Part shown: positions 40,958 to 49,725 of the stretch, piece by piece
Numbering within the stretch: the stretch's first letter is position 1
Layout: each line of letters begins with the position of its first letter
DNA from: a virus
Lineage: Duplodnaviria; Caudoviricetes
IMG/VR virus record: IMGVR_UViG_3300012953_000012
Coordinates: 128,001 to 192,000 of that record
Length of the DNA stretch: 64,000 bases
Reading direction: 5' to 3' (one strand)
The notes under the pieces: model-generated
The model's database searches: none
What the model was told of the DNA's origin: nothing
What the model saw: only the letters and a program-made list of their open reading frames with translations
Position numbers and translations under genes: made by a program

Positions 40958-42604
40958 ATGACTACTTCCATTTTGACCAGCCTGATGCGGCTGGGTGCCG
41001 AGATCTTCGGCAGCAACGAAGACCTCACCATGCTTCCCAAGGACGACCAGTCCGGCGGCGGCGATGGTGAGTCTGATGACGACGACTCGGACCAGGACGG
41101 CGACGATGCCGATGAGTCCGGTGGCGACCAGGACGACAGCGATGCTGGCGACCAGGACGGTGACCAGGACGGTGACCAGGACGACCAGTCCGGCGACGAT
41201 GCCGATGGCGAGTCCGGCGAGTCTGGCGATGACCAGGACGACACCGATGGTGACGGCTCTGGTGAGTCCGGCGATGACACCGATGGTGACGAAGGCCAGG
41301 ACGACGACGGCGACGACGGCGACGAGTCCAACGGTTCCGATGACGGTTCCGAGGGCGACGAGTCCGGCGACCAGCCCGGTGACGAGTCCGGTGACTCTGG
41401 CGAGGGCGACGGCTCCGACAAGACCGACGACAGCGACAGCGGCGAGCAGACCGACGACGTTGATCCCCAGTCTGACAAGACCGCTGGCGGCTTTGATCCT
41501 GGCGAGGACTTCGCTGACGCCATGGTCGATGGCCTCAAGGCCCCCCAGGATCACATCAAGGACGCGGCTGACGCGCTGGCCGAAGCCACGGACAAGTGCC
41601 GCGACGAAGACGATGTTCACCCTGGTGAGCAGGTCTGGCGTCCCTACAACCCTGAGGCGGACGTCATCGTCAAGCCGAAGGGCGACCGAGAGTCGGCTGA
41701 GACCCTGCGGAAGGAGGCCAAGTTGCTGACCGCTGCCCTCCGCACACAGTTTCGGCGTCGGTTCCTGGCTGCGAAGAACCCCCGTGAACAGCACGGTGTT
41801 CGGCGCGGCAAGGACCTCTCCGAGCGTCGGCTCGTGGAGTCGTTCGTCGAGATCAAGTCCGGCGTGCGCCCCAGCCGCCCCGACTTCAAGGTCGAGTCCC
41901 AGAGGGACGTATCCCTGGCCCTCGGCGTCGTGATCGACCAGTCCGGCTCCATGCACGGTCGCGAGCAGCACGCTGCTGCGGTGGCTGCCCTGGCACTGGC
42001 TGAGTCCTTCGACTCCCTGAACTCCCCTGTGATGGTCTGCGGACCTCGCAACAGTGGGCGGGACGTTCGACGGGCGGACACCGGCTACTACACGGACATC
42101 GACAACGACGACAGCCACACCGGCAGCGTCGATGTGATGCGAGGTCCGAGGTGTCACCGCTACGTCGCCACGGCCATCGACCTGTTCATGGACTGGGACG
42201 AGTCCTTCAAGCAGGTCAAGCACCGCTTCAGCAACGTCCGGGCTACGGGCTCCACGCCCCTGTCTGACGGCATCCAGTTCGCCATGCAGGAGTTGTCCAA
42301 CCGCCCTGAGCGTCACCGGATCATCGTGGTCCTGACGGACGGGGAGCCGGACAACTCCGCTGTGGTGACCCGCCAGATCCGCCTGGCTCGTGAGGCCGGG
42401 ATCACCGTGATCGGTGTCGGCATCAGCGGGGCCGAGTACGCGGTCCCCCGCCTGTTCGTTGACCACCACATCGTCGTCAACGACCTCACGGAGTTGCCGA
42501 AGGCGATGATGGCTGTCGTCGGTGCCATCGTGTTCCCCCGGAGTGCCAAGAAGGCGGTCCTGGACGGGCGCATCGGCACCCGGCGGCAACGTCGGCGGGC
42601 GTAG
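40958..42604 (+). CDS. vWA-domain protein with long acidic linker (CobT/NorD-like C-terminal half)
   Basis: MIDAS DQSGSM, STP, VLTDGEP; ~140-aa D/G/S/E tract. Confidence 0.85.
   Translation: MTTSILTSLMRLGAEIFGSNEDLTMLPKDDQSGGGDGESDDDDSDQDGDDADESGGDQDDSDAGDQDGDQDGDQDDQSGDDADGESGESGDDQDDTDGDGSGESGDDTDGDEGQDDDGDDGDESNGSDDGSEGDESGDQPGDESGDSGEGDGSDKTDDSDSGEQTDDVDPQSDKTAGGFDPGEDFADAMVDGLKAPQDHIKDAADALAEATDKCRDEDDVHPGEQVWRPYNPEADVIVKPKGDRESAETLRKEAKLLTAALRTQFRRRFLAAKNPREQHGVRRGKDLSERRLVESFVEIKSGVRPSRPDFKVESQRDVSLALGVVIDQSGSMHGREQHAAAVAALALAESFDSLNSPVMVCGPRNSGRDVRRADTGYYTDIDNDDSHTGSVDVMRGPRCHRYVATAIDLFMDWDESFKQVKHRFSNVRATGSTPLSDGIQFAMQELSNRPERHRIIVVLTDGEPDNSAVVTRQIRLAREAGITVIGVGISGAEYAVPRLFVDHHIVVNDLTELPKAMMAVVGAIVFPRSAKKAVLDGRIGTRRQRRRA
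41050..41470 (+). repeat. Low-complexity coding repeats (GACCAGGACGGT-type) encoding the Asp/Gly linker
   Basis: Repeated DQDG/DESGD units. Confidence 0.8.
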
Positions 42605-42678
42605 CCCTCCCCTCTCCCCCAGGAAGCCCCCACGGGCTTCCTGGGGCTTCCCTTTCAACCTTCAACCCAGGAGTCCAC

Positions 42679-42879
42679 ATGGACATCACTGACATGGGTG
42701 ACGGGCGCATGGCCGTCACCGGAACCAAGGACGAGTTGGACGCGGCTACCCTCTGGGCACGCGCCATGCTCCACGCGGTCTTCGGTCCCGAGGGTGGTGA
42801 GCAACGCTTCAAGGCTATCCCGGCCCTGGCTGTGCTCATGGCCTACCGTGAGCGAGTCGCACACGCCCCCGACTGCTGA
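42679..42879 (+). CDS. Small hypothetical protein
   Basis: AGGAG RBS. Confidence 0.6.
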   Translation: MDITDMGDGRMAVTGTKDELDAATLWARAMLHAVFGPEGGEQRFKAIPALAVLMAYRERVAHAPDC

Positions 42880-42901
42880 TCTCAACAAACCCTTCAACCC
42901 G

Positions 42902-42943
42902 AAAACGGCCCCCACCTTGCCTTATGGCGGTGGGGGCCGTTTT
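42902..42943 (+). terminator. Intrinsic terminator
   Basis: aaacggcccccacc...ggtgggggccgtttt. Confidence 0.7.
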
Positions 42944-42958
42944 CGTCGTTGCGGTGCC

Positions 42959-42986
42959 CGTTAAAAGTGCCTCCTGCTTCCGTAAA
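42959..42986 (+). promoter_or_regulatory. Bipartite element variant (CGTTAA-N16-CGTAAA)
   Basis: One mismatch, same spacing. Confidence 0.65.
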
Positions 42987-43059
42987 GAGACACAGGGCAG
43001 CACCGCCCACCACCCTCTGCCCCGTTGGGGGCCTGGCCCACTGAGGCCCAAAGGAACCT

Positions 43060-43212
43060 ATCGCTACCAACGACCCCATCGTCCTCCCCACCGTCCCTGC
43101 CACCCCTTCCCTCATTGACCTGGCCAACCAGGCCGAAGACGCCCAGGTCGAAGCCCTGACCCCGGAGCAGGTCGAAGCCCTGCTCCGTCGCTTCACGCAG
43201 ATGCTCGACTGA
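43060..43212 (+). CDS. 50-aa ORF with an ATC codon at the start position
   Basis: Promoter-like element, hairpin and AAAGGA RBS, then ATC; followed by a terminator. Confidence 0.45.
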   Translation: MATNDPIVLPTVPATPSLIDLANQAEDAQVEALTPEQVEALLRRFTQMLD

Positions 43213-43219
43213 TCCTGCT

Positions 43220-43254
43220 GCCCCCGCTCGCCCCGTGCGAGCGGGGGCCGTTTC
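43220..43254 (+). terminator. Intrinsic terminator
   Basis: gcccccgctcgc...gcgagcgggggc followed by cgtttcgtt. Confidence 0.6.
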
Positions 43255-43690
43255 GTTCGTCTCGGCTACCCCTCCGCGCTACCCCTCCACGGTGGCCCTC
43301 CAGGACGCGCCTCTCCCCCCACCGAGAAATAGGTGGAACCGCCGACATAAATCAAGGGGGGTCCCCGGCCTGTCATGACGGGCGCATTGAAACCGCGTCC
43401 AAAATCAGATTGCTGATCCCAACCCCCCTTGCCATCCCCTTTCCCTGCGGGAATCGAACCGGCGAGTAGACCCACAAGCAGACCTCCGAGCAGACCCACA
43501 AGTAGACGCTCTCACAGAGGGGGGCCTCTCTCACACGGGATCACGGGATCACGGGATCACTGACTCCCCGGCTGCGAAATAGTTTCGCGGCTGGTCCCAG
43601 AACAAAAATCCCAACCCCCTCTCGGTGAGGGGACAGGACCAGGGGTGCGGACCCGTACAACAGGTCTCAACCCCAACGTGAGACTGAACC

Positions 43691-44329
43691 ATGCCCAGTG
43701 ACGCCATTGACCTTCTGTTCGACTGGCAGGACGAAAGGCGGGAAGCGGATCGGGAGGAAGCCCCCCACGCCTCGCGCACGGAATCTCGGACGACGATTAC
43801 GCCCAGAAAGGGTGGTTACAAGGTGAAGCCGTGGCCTCCCCGTGAGGTCACGGCGGAAGAACTCGCCAGCGGTCCTTCAAGAACTTGTATCCGGTGTGGG
43901 GTGGCCTACCCGGAGACAAAGGAGTTTTTCAAGTACCATCCACCTACCCGAACATGGAGGCAGGGTGGGTTTCTACCCCGATGTCGAGGCTGTCACCGCA
44001 AGGTAGTCCGTGACAATAAGCGTCGAGCACGCCACACCTTTGCTCAACGGTGCAGGACTATGCGATTCGGGGCGCGTAAGCGGGAGATCGAGTGGGGTTT
44101 CGATGATCAAGAAGACCTCCGTGATCTCTACGACACCCCCTGCCACTACTGCGACGGCGAGGTAAAGAGCCGGATCGCTCTGGACCGAGTAGACAGCACC
44201 AAGGGGTATGTCCCCGGCAACGTGGTGCAGTGCTGTTCGACATGCAACGTGATGAAAATGCGCCTCTCCGTAGACGAGTGGGTGGACCACATGGAACGGG
44301 TGCTCAGTCACCTGCGCGGGACTTCTTGA
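43691..44329 (+). CDS. HNH-type endonuclease
   Basis: PCHYC...LDRVDSTKGYVPGNVVQCCSTCNVMK; extra CxxC. Confidence 0.8.
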   Translation: MPSDAIDLLFDWQDERREADREEAPHASRTESRTTITPRKGGYKVKPWPPREVTAEELASGPSRTCIRCGVAYPETKEFFKYHPPTRTWRQGGFLPRCRGCHRKVVRDNKRRARHTFAQRCRTMRFGARKREIEWGFDDQEDLRDLYDTPCHYCDGEVKSRIALDRVDSTKGYVPGNVVQCCSTCNVMKMRLSVDEWVDHMERVLSHLRGTS

Positions 44330-44543
44330 AGCCCAGCCAGAAGCCCAGGGCGACCATCAGGTGCAGGCTGATGCTTGCGAACGTCTCAAAGTCGGCGTGG
44401 TAGTCGGTCAGATGCAGGTGTACCTGGCCTACGACCCAGAACGGGATCGCAAACTGCTCGCTGTACCAGATCAGGCTGTACTCGATGAAGTCCTTGAACG
44501 CCTGCCTGGGTTGAGGCTCTGCGGCTTTGGGGTCATCCGTCAT
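44304..44543 (-). CDS. Small membrane protein
   Basis: Two hydrophobic segments; late-type element variant at 44559-44573. Confidence 0.55.
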   Translation of the reverse strand: MTDDPKAAEPQPRQAFKDFIEYSLIWYSEQFAIPFWVVGQVHLHLTDYHADFETFASISLHLMVALGFWLGFKKSRAGD

Positions 44544-44616
44544 GCCCCTGGCGTCTCTATAGAAATCTCACCGCCGAGGGGGCGTTGATCCTCCGTTGAT
44601 CTCGGTAGTAGGACCC

Positions 44617-45060
44617 ATGACGAAAGACCCACCACGCTTGACTGTTGAACTTGTCCCAAAGGGCCAGTGGGGTGCGAACCTCCGCTCGGAGTTGTCCCGC
44701 AAGGAGTGGGACCGCCTGCGAAGGGCTTCCTACAAGGCTGCCGACTACCGCTGCGAGATCTGCGGTGGCGTCGGGCGTCGGCATCCTGTCGAGTGCCATG
44801 AACGCTGGGACTACAACGAGGCTACGAAGACCCAGACCCTCGTGGGCTTGATCTCCCTGTGTCCTGCTTGTCATCAGGTCAAGCACATCGGGCGTTCGTT
44901 CGCCATCGGGAAGGGACCCCAGGCGATGGCTCACCTGATGAAGGTCAACGGCTGGAGCGAGGACGAGGCCACCCTCTACGTCGAGGGTGCGTTTGAGGTC
45001 TGGCATCGCAGGAGCAACGAGGATTGGACCCTGGACATCTCCTGGGCCACCGATGCCTAA
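44617..45060 (+). CDS. HNH-like nuclease-domain protein
   Basis: YRCEICGG..VECHERW..LISLCPACHQVKH. Confidence 0.75.
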   Translation: MTKDPPRLTVELVPKGQWGANLRSELSRKEWDRLRRASYKAADYRCEICGGVGRRHPVECHERWDYNEATKTQTLVGLISLCPACHQVKHIGRSFAIGKGPQAMAHLMKVNGWSEDEATLYVEGAFEVWHRRSNEDWTLDISWATDA

Positions 45061-45262
45061 ACGGATCACGGAGGTCCAGATGCGCGTGCTGCGTGCGATG
45101 GACCCGAACGGCCCCGACTTCGACCCCGACCACCGACCCCGTGGTTCGCTGGAGCGTCTGGCGAAGAAGGGACTGGTCACCGGGGGCCGAAAAGAGGGTT
45201 GGAAGTTGACGTTTGCCGGGCGAGAGACCGTCCGCCGCCGCAGCGGGGAAGCGCCAGAATGA
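45053..45262 (+). CDS. Small winged-helix-like protein
   Basis: SLERLAKKGLV...WKLTFAGR. Confidence 0.55.
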   Translation: MPKRITEVQMRVLRAMDPNGPDFDPDHRPRGSLERLAKKGLVTGGRKEGWKLTFAGRETVRRRSGEAPE

Positions 45263-45345
45263 CCTCATCAACGCAGTTTTCGCAAGGCTACCCGGTAGGA
45301 TCACGCCTCGTATCAGTAAAGACCCTCACCAGAGAGGGTTTTACG

Positions 45346-46692
45346 ATGGCATCCAGCAACACCACGACGTACAAAGGCGACTCACCCGGAAAAGCATTGG
45401 TCCGCATCCGCACCTGGGGGGCTATCCGAGCAACGATGTCTCGGTTGGGCATTCCTTTCCAGGGGGCGATGGTCCTCGCAGGGGAAGGAGGTGACCTCGG
45501 TGTCCTCGACGGAATGGGCTTCGACATGTCGAAGGTCGTCGCAGTAGACCGTGATCCCTTCATGGTCGAGTGGTGTCAGCACCACTACCCGGAAGTGGTC
45601 CCCGGCAAAGGCGAGTTGATGGACATCGCCGCAAGCGGCATCCTCCCCTACAACACCGCCCACATCGACCTTTGTGGTGGTATCCGCAAGGCAGACAACA
45701 TCCTCACTGTGGCTCGTGTGGCTCAAGGCATCCACTCACACCCTGCTGTGGTCGCCGTGACCATGATCAAGGGCCGGGAAGGCAAAGCCGAGCAGGGCTT
45801 GATGGAGGGTGTCAAACGCGGTGTTCGACGACGCCTTCAGTTGCTCGCCCGGAAGAAGGGCGACTCTCTGGCTGAACACGTTTACTCAGGCAAGCCCTTT
45901 CAGTCCCGGCAGATGTTGGATGTTGTCCACGCACAGATGCAGGAGATCATCCGCCGTGACCCGGAAACCCACGCGGGCATCTTGAAGAAGAACGGCAAGC
46001 CGACGACCTGGGGCATGGCGATGCAGCGGGCCATCATCCTTCAACACACCGTCGAGTACCTCTGGGAAGCCTGGAACGAGAGCGGGTGCGGGGTCAAGAT
46101 GAACCTGCCGCCGGGGGAGCGCCTACACATGCAGCAGGTGGGCCTCATGGCCTACCACTCAGGGACGAAGAAGGGTGGCGGTACGCCGTTCGTGACCGTG
46201 CTCTACCTCATCTACCGGACCTCCCAGAACCGAGCGGTGGTCGATTGGTTGGTCGATGGAGAACGCCGCATGAACGCGACCGGCCTCTCTGGGGGGAGCC
46301 TTCCCTACGGGGAGATCACGCTCAAGGAGGCCCTGGAGTCCTTCAACCCCACCGTGGCCGCGATGGCACGGGTCCAGGACCACAGCAAAGTGGCCCGGAT
46401 GTTCGGGATCGATCCGAAGTCGATCCCCGCCATTCTCGCCCACGACACCCGAGGCACCTACAAAGGCAAGGCCCTCTGGCAAGCCCGCAAGGTGTTGGTC
46501 CCACAAGGGGCTGAGGGATCCTTCGCTACCAATGGTTGGGGCGGCCACGTCGCAACCTCCGACGAACACAGCGCCGCCACGAACGCCATGCGGGAACAGG
46601 TGGAAGCCTGGCTCGCCGCAGGGGGGACGGTCGAGACGTTCCCTGGCTTCCGCGAGATTGAACTCGCCAACTCACATTCGGAGTCGAAATGA
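45346..46692 (+). CDS. Hypothetical protein with a possible Rossmann/SAM-MTase-like N-domain
   Basis: MVLAGEGGD, VVAVDRD, AHIDLCG spacing resembles class I MTase strands; inference only. Confidence 0.5.
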   Translation: MASSNTTTYKGDSPGKALVRIRTWGAIRATMSRLGIPFQGAMVLAGEGGDLGVLDGMGFDMSKVVAVDRDPFMVEWCQHHYPEVVPGKGELMDIAASGILPYNTAHIDLCGGIRKADNILTVARVAQGIHSHPAVVAVTMIKGREGKAEQGLMEGVKRGVRRRLQLLARKKGDSLAEHVYSGKPFQSRQMLDVVHAQMQEIIRRDPETHAGILKKNGKPTTWGMAMQRAIILQHTVEYLWEAWNESGCGVKMNLPPGERLHMQQVGLMAYHSGTKKGGGTPFVTVLYLIYRTSQNRAVVDWLVDGERRMNATGLSGGSLPYGEITLKEALESFNPTVAAMARVQDHSKVARMFGIDPKSIPAILAHDTRGTYKGKALWQARKVLVPQGAEGSFATNGWGGHVATSDEHSAATNAMREQVEAWLAAGGTVETFPGFREIELANSHSESK

Positions 46693-47213
46693 CCACCTCC
46701 ACCGACACGACAGTGCAAGCCGTCTTCATCTCTGAGGAGTACACCTTCCTCTGCCACATCGTCCTCCTGGCCGAAGGCACCACCACGGCTCAGATCGAAC
46801 AGTGGTGGCAGGAGTCGAAGGGGCGCTACAGCGACCCGCTTCCTGGGGAGGTCCGGCGCGACACCATCATCTGGAAGCACAACCTGGAACCCGAGGACGG
46901 TTGGACCCCCGTGGACGAAACCTGGCCCCATCCAGGACAGGTGTTCCACCTCCTCAACCGGGAGGTCCACACCTACGACCCCACTGAGTACAAGATGCCT
47001 GAGGATTCAGCCTTCGTTCACACCCACATGGACGAGGACTCGTTCCTACGGCTCCCGGACGGCACCTGTCACCCGCACCCGGACTACGACCCGTCCGACG
47101 ACGACTCGGAGGACGACCAACCCCTGCTGTCCACCATGCTGCTGTGGGGCATGACCTCAGCGAGCAGCCTGCTGCCAACGTACAACAACCGCCGTAAGAA
47201 GGAGGCACGATGA
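46689..47213 (+). CDS. Hypothetical protein (paralog of 47464-47769)
   Basis: EEY..WW..HTHMDEDSFLRLPD. Confidence 0.65.
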   Translation: MTTSTDTTVQAVFISEEYTFLCHIVLLAEGTTTAQIEQWWQESKGRYSDPLPGEVRRDTIIWKHNLEPEDGWTPVDETWPHPGQVFHLLNREVHTYDPTEYKMPEDSAFVHTHMDEDSFLRLPDGTCHPHPDYDPSDDDSEDDQPLLSTMLLWGMTSASSLLPTYNNRRKKEAR

Positions 47214-47461
47214 CCAACCGAAGCAAAGGCGAAGAGAACTTCATCGACCAGTACACCCGCAAGTTGATGGTGGACTGGGCGATCACCCAGGTCTCACGTC
47301 CAATGGACGAGGATCCTCTCAAGGCGATCACCCAGGGTCGTCCCGGCTCCCTCACGATCTTCGTTGAACACGCCTTGAAGAAGGGCTGGCTCACGAAGCG
47401 GGAGCCCCGCAGGCTCACGGCGAAAGGCTTCCAGGTCGCTGCATCCTTCCTCAAGAGGTAG
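47210..47461 (+). CDS. Small winged-helix-like protein
   Basis: ALKKGWLT...RLTAKGF; ATGA overlap. Confidence 0.6.
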   Translation: MTNRSKGEENFIDQYTRKLMVDWAITQVSRPMDEDPLKAITQGRPGSLTIFVEHALKKGWLTKREPRRLTAKGFQVAASFLKR

Positions 47462-47463
47462 TC

Positions 47464-47769
47464 ATGGCTGTCACGGTTTTTCTGGTCGAGGAGTACGGCT
47501 ACCGCACCTGGATCTGGCGCACGGGCATGACCCCGACGCGGCTGATCGCCTGGTGGAAGGCCCTGCCGACTGTCTCACCCTTCTTCTTCAACCCCAGCGA
47601 GAGCGGACTGCCTGGCGACCTGACGCAGGCGGGAGAGACCGACCATGAGCCAGGCTGGTGGAGCGCACACCTCCACATGGACGAGGACTCCTGGCTCCGC
47701 ACCCCCGACGACATTGAGATCCACCACGAAGGCTACACCGGAGAAAGGCATGAAACCCCACCCTCGTGA
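47464..47769 (+). CDS. Hypothetical protein (paralog of 46689-47213)
   Basis: EEY..WW..HLHMDEDSWLRTPD. Confidence 0.65.
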   Translation: MAVTVFLVEEYGYRTWIWRTGMTPTRLIAWWKALPTVSPFFFNPSESGLPGDLTQAGETDHEPGWWSAHLHMDEDSWLRTPDDIEIHHEGYTGERHETPPS

Positions 47770-47983
47770 GCGGGTCGCCCGCAACTTCATCAAGCGGTAC
47801 GGCAGAGAGCAGTTTCGCTGGACCATCGAAGCCTTCGGGGAGCCCCGGTCAGGCCAGGAGGTCGCAAAGCGCCTGGGCGTGTCCCGAGAGCGCGTCCGAC
47901 AGTGGCGCAACGCCTTTGGTCAGACCATCACCTTCTATCGCCTGCACCCGGAAACGAAGCGCATCCTGGACGAGCCGGAATGA
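47750..47983 (+). CDS. HTH DNA-binding protein
   Basis: SGQEVAKRLGVSRERVRQW (sigma region-4-like HTH). Confidence 0.7.
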   Translation: MKPHPRERVARNFIKRYGREQFRWTIEAFGEPRSGQEVAKRLGVSRERVRQWRNAFGQTITFYRLHPETKRILDEPE

Positions 47984-48037
47984 GGGGCGGTAGTGCGACT
48001 ATAGGATCAGAAGGTCAAGACTTCTGGAGCGACCCCG

Positions 48038-48634
48038 ATGCCTCGTACCCTGACTGCCGCCGACCGTAGTGCCCTGATTCGCCTTGCTTCGACCCTGGAG
48101 AAGGGTTCGCCCGAACGCAAGGCCATCCTCGCCGGACTGGGGAAGATGGCGTATGGCTGGAGCAGGTCTGAGAAGGAACTCGGTCGTAAGGCGATGGCGG
48201 AACTCGGACTCACCCAGGGCCAGATGTATGCCCTCCTGGACAGCATGGGTGCTATGTCCGCCCACAATAAGAGCCTTCGTGACGGTGATGGCGAGAAGCC
48301 CATGAAGGGAAAGCGTGATTGGATCGCCATGTCCATGACAGACGGGTTGGTCCGCCCTCTCGGCAGGAAGACTCTGGGCCGCTTCTACGACATCGTGTAC
48401 GGCGACCGGCGGCGTGCCGGACTGGAGAAGATGGCAAGGATGCCTTCTATGGTGCTCAACGATCCCAAAGCCTACTTGCGGTGGGCGCGGAAGACCTGGG
48501 AATACAACGTCAACAACCCCCGCCTGAAGTTCGATGCTGCCGTCGAAAAGACGCGCAAGAAGAACCGGCTTCCCGATACTCCCGAAGGGCGTGCCGAGGC
48601 GGCATACCACGAGATCACGCTGCTCCAGGACTGA
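48038..48634 (+). CDS. Hypothetical protein with N-terminal LIRLAxxLxxGS motif
   Basis: AADRSALIRLASTLEKGSPERKAILAGLGKMA; CGGTAG-N5-CTAT at 47988-48002. Confidence 0.8.
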   Translation: MPRTLTAADRSALIRLASTLEKGSPERKAILAGLGKMAYGWSRSEKELGRKAMAELGLTQGQMYALLDSMGAMSAHNKSLRDGDGEKPMKGKRDWIAMSMTDGLVRPLGRKTLGRFYDIVYGDRRRAGLEKMARMPSMVLNDPKAYLRWARKTWEYNVNNPRLKFDAAVEKTRKKNRLPDTPEGRAEAAYHEITLLQD

Positions 48635-48646
48635 CTTACCTCGGGC

Positions 48647-49543
48647 CTACACGAACGAGCGGGGGCTCAGGACTCCACGCCCGACGTAGGGTCCGAAGGC
48701 TGACCTGACCCCACGACCGAACCGGGGCTGCGCCAGACCACGCATGTAGTGGACCGTCCGGGACTTCGCCTCGGTGAGTTTGTCCCACTGGTCCTCAGCG
48801 TTTTGCTTCATGCCTTCGTACTTGCCGGACTTCTCGATGGAGAGGCTGATCCCGCCGATGCTGTAGTCGAACTCGTTGGCGATCCAGTTGTAGACGAGCG
48901 CCTGAGCCGCGTTCACGAGTGCCCCCCACAGCAACGCTGCCTTCCAGGAAGGTTTCTGCTGGCACAGCATCTCGATGTTCTTGATCTCCTCGGTCGAGGG
49001 TGGGTGCATGTTCCACTTCCAGAGGGCGATCTCCAGGTACTCGGCAAACTCTTCGTCGGTCCAGATGTAGCCGAACACCTGGTTGTAGCAGCCCACCGTG
49101 CCTTCGCCTTCGGGAGGCATGAAGCGGTAGTTGCGGTCGGGATTGTTGTCCCTCGTCAGGAAGCGCATCTTGCGGATCAGGTCCGTCAGGCAGTCCGAGT
49201 AGGGGTTGGCCTCGGTTTCGACGGCACTGGACACGACGCCGAACTCCTGGACGGCCCCTTCCTCGGCGCTCGTTGCTGTCTCCCGGAAGCGCCAACGGAT
49301 GCGGTAGTCCCCCGGAGCCGCACTGGAGGGCACCTGGAGGCTCGCGTAGTACTCACCCACCGTGGGGTTCACCGGAGTCCTGGTCGCGGACCCAATCAGG
49401 ACCTCGGCGGTCGTGGTGGGGTCCACATAGTAGACGGCGTAGGAGATGCTGAAGGCGTTGGTGGGGTTGCCGTCCGCGTTGGACAGGTAGATGTCCAGGT
49501 CGCCGCGAGCGAGGGTCTGACCCTGAGTGAATACGACAGCCAT
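48647..49543 (-). CDS. Putative virion neck/head-tail adaptor-like protein with N-terminal Ig-like domain
   Basis: DYSIGGISLSIEKS..Y pattern; late-type element at 49575-49589; function inferred. Confidence 0.5.
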   Translation of the reverse strand: MAVVFTQGQTLARGDLDIYLSNADGNPTNAFSISYAVYYVDPTTTAEVLIGSATRTPVNPTVGEYYASLQVPSSAAPGDYRIRWRFRETATSAEEGAVQEFGVVSSAVETEANPYSDCLTDLIRKMRFLTRDNNPDRNYRFMPPEGEGTVGCYNQVFGYIWTDEEFAEYLEIALWKWNMHPPSTEEIKNIEMLCQQKPSWKAALLWGALVNAAQALVYNWIANEFDYSIGGISLSIEKSGKYEGMKQNAEDQWDKLTEAKSRTVHYMRGLAQPRFGRGVRSAFGPYVGRGVLSPRSFV

Positions 49544-49583
49544 GTGCTACCTCCTTGCCTACGGGTGCGATCCCATAGCCGCA

Positions 49584-49685
49584 CTACCGGGTGAGGCTCC
49601 ATCTCCAGAGATCGAACGCCAGCAGCGTGCCGATGACGAGAGCCAGCAGCGACCAGATGACCCACGTTGGAACCTTGTCGTTCAC
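49584..49685 (-). CDS. 33-aa single-TM peptide
   Basis: MNDKVPTWVIWSLLALVIGTLLAFDLWRWSLTR; stop lies inside the late-type element. Confidence 0.4.
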   Translation of the reverse strand: MNDKVPTWVIWSLLALVIGTLLAFDLWRWSLTR

Positions 49686-49725
49686 ACCCTACCGCGACCA
49701 TAGGGTCGCCACCGGCATCCCGCTG

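Noticed and set aside
40919-42658. Long antisense ORFs (e.g. 40919-42658, 4130-5056, 29089-30468, 53991-55385, 20405-21736)
   Set aside because: These are shadow frames typical of high-GC DNA opposite well-supported genes, with no RBS or motifs.
32811-42986. Repeated motif as a CRISPR array or integron attC sites
   Set aside because: Copies are 0.2-2 kb apart, non-palindromic, switch strand with gene direction and have no uniform spacers; no cas or integrase gene was seen.
43691-45060. HNH genes as a novel system
   Set aside because: Free-standing HNH nucleases are commonplace in large phages, and nothing here distinguishes them.
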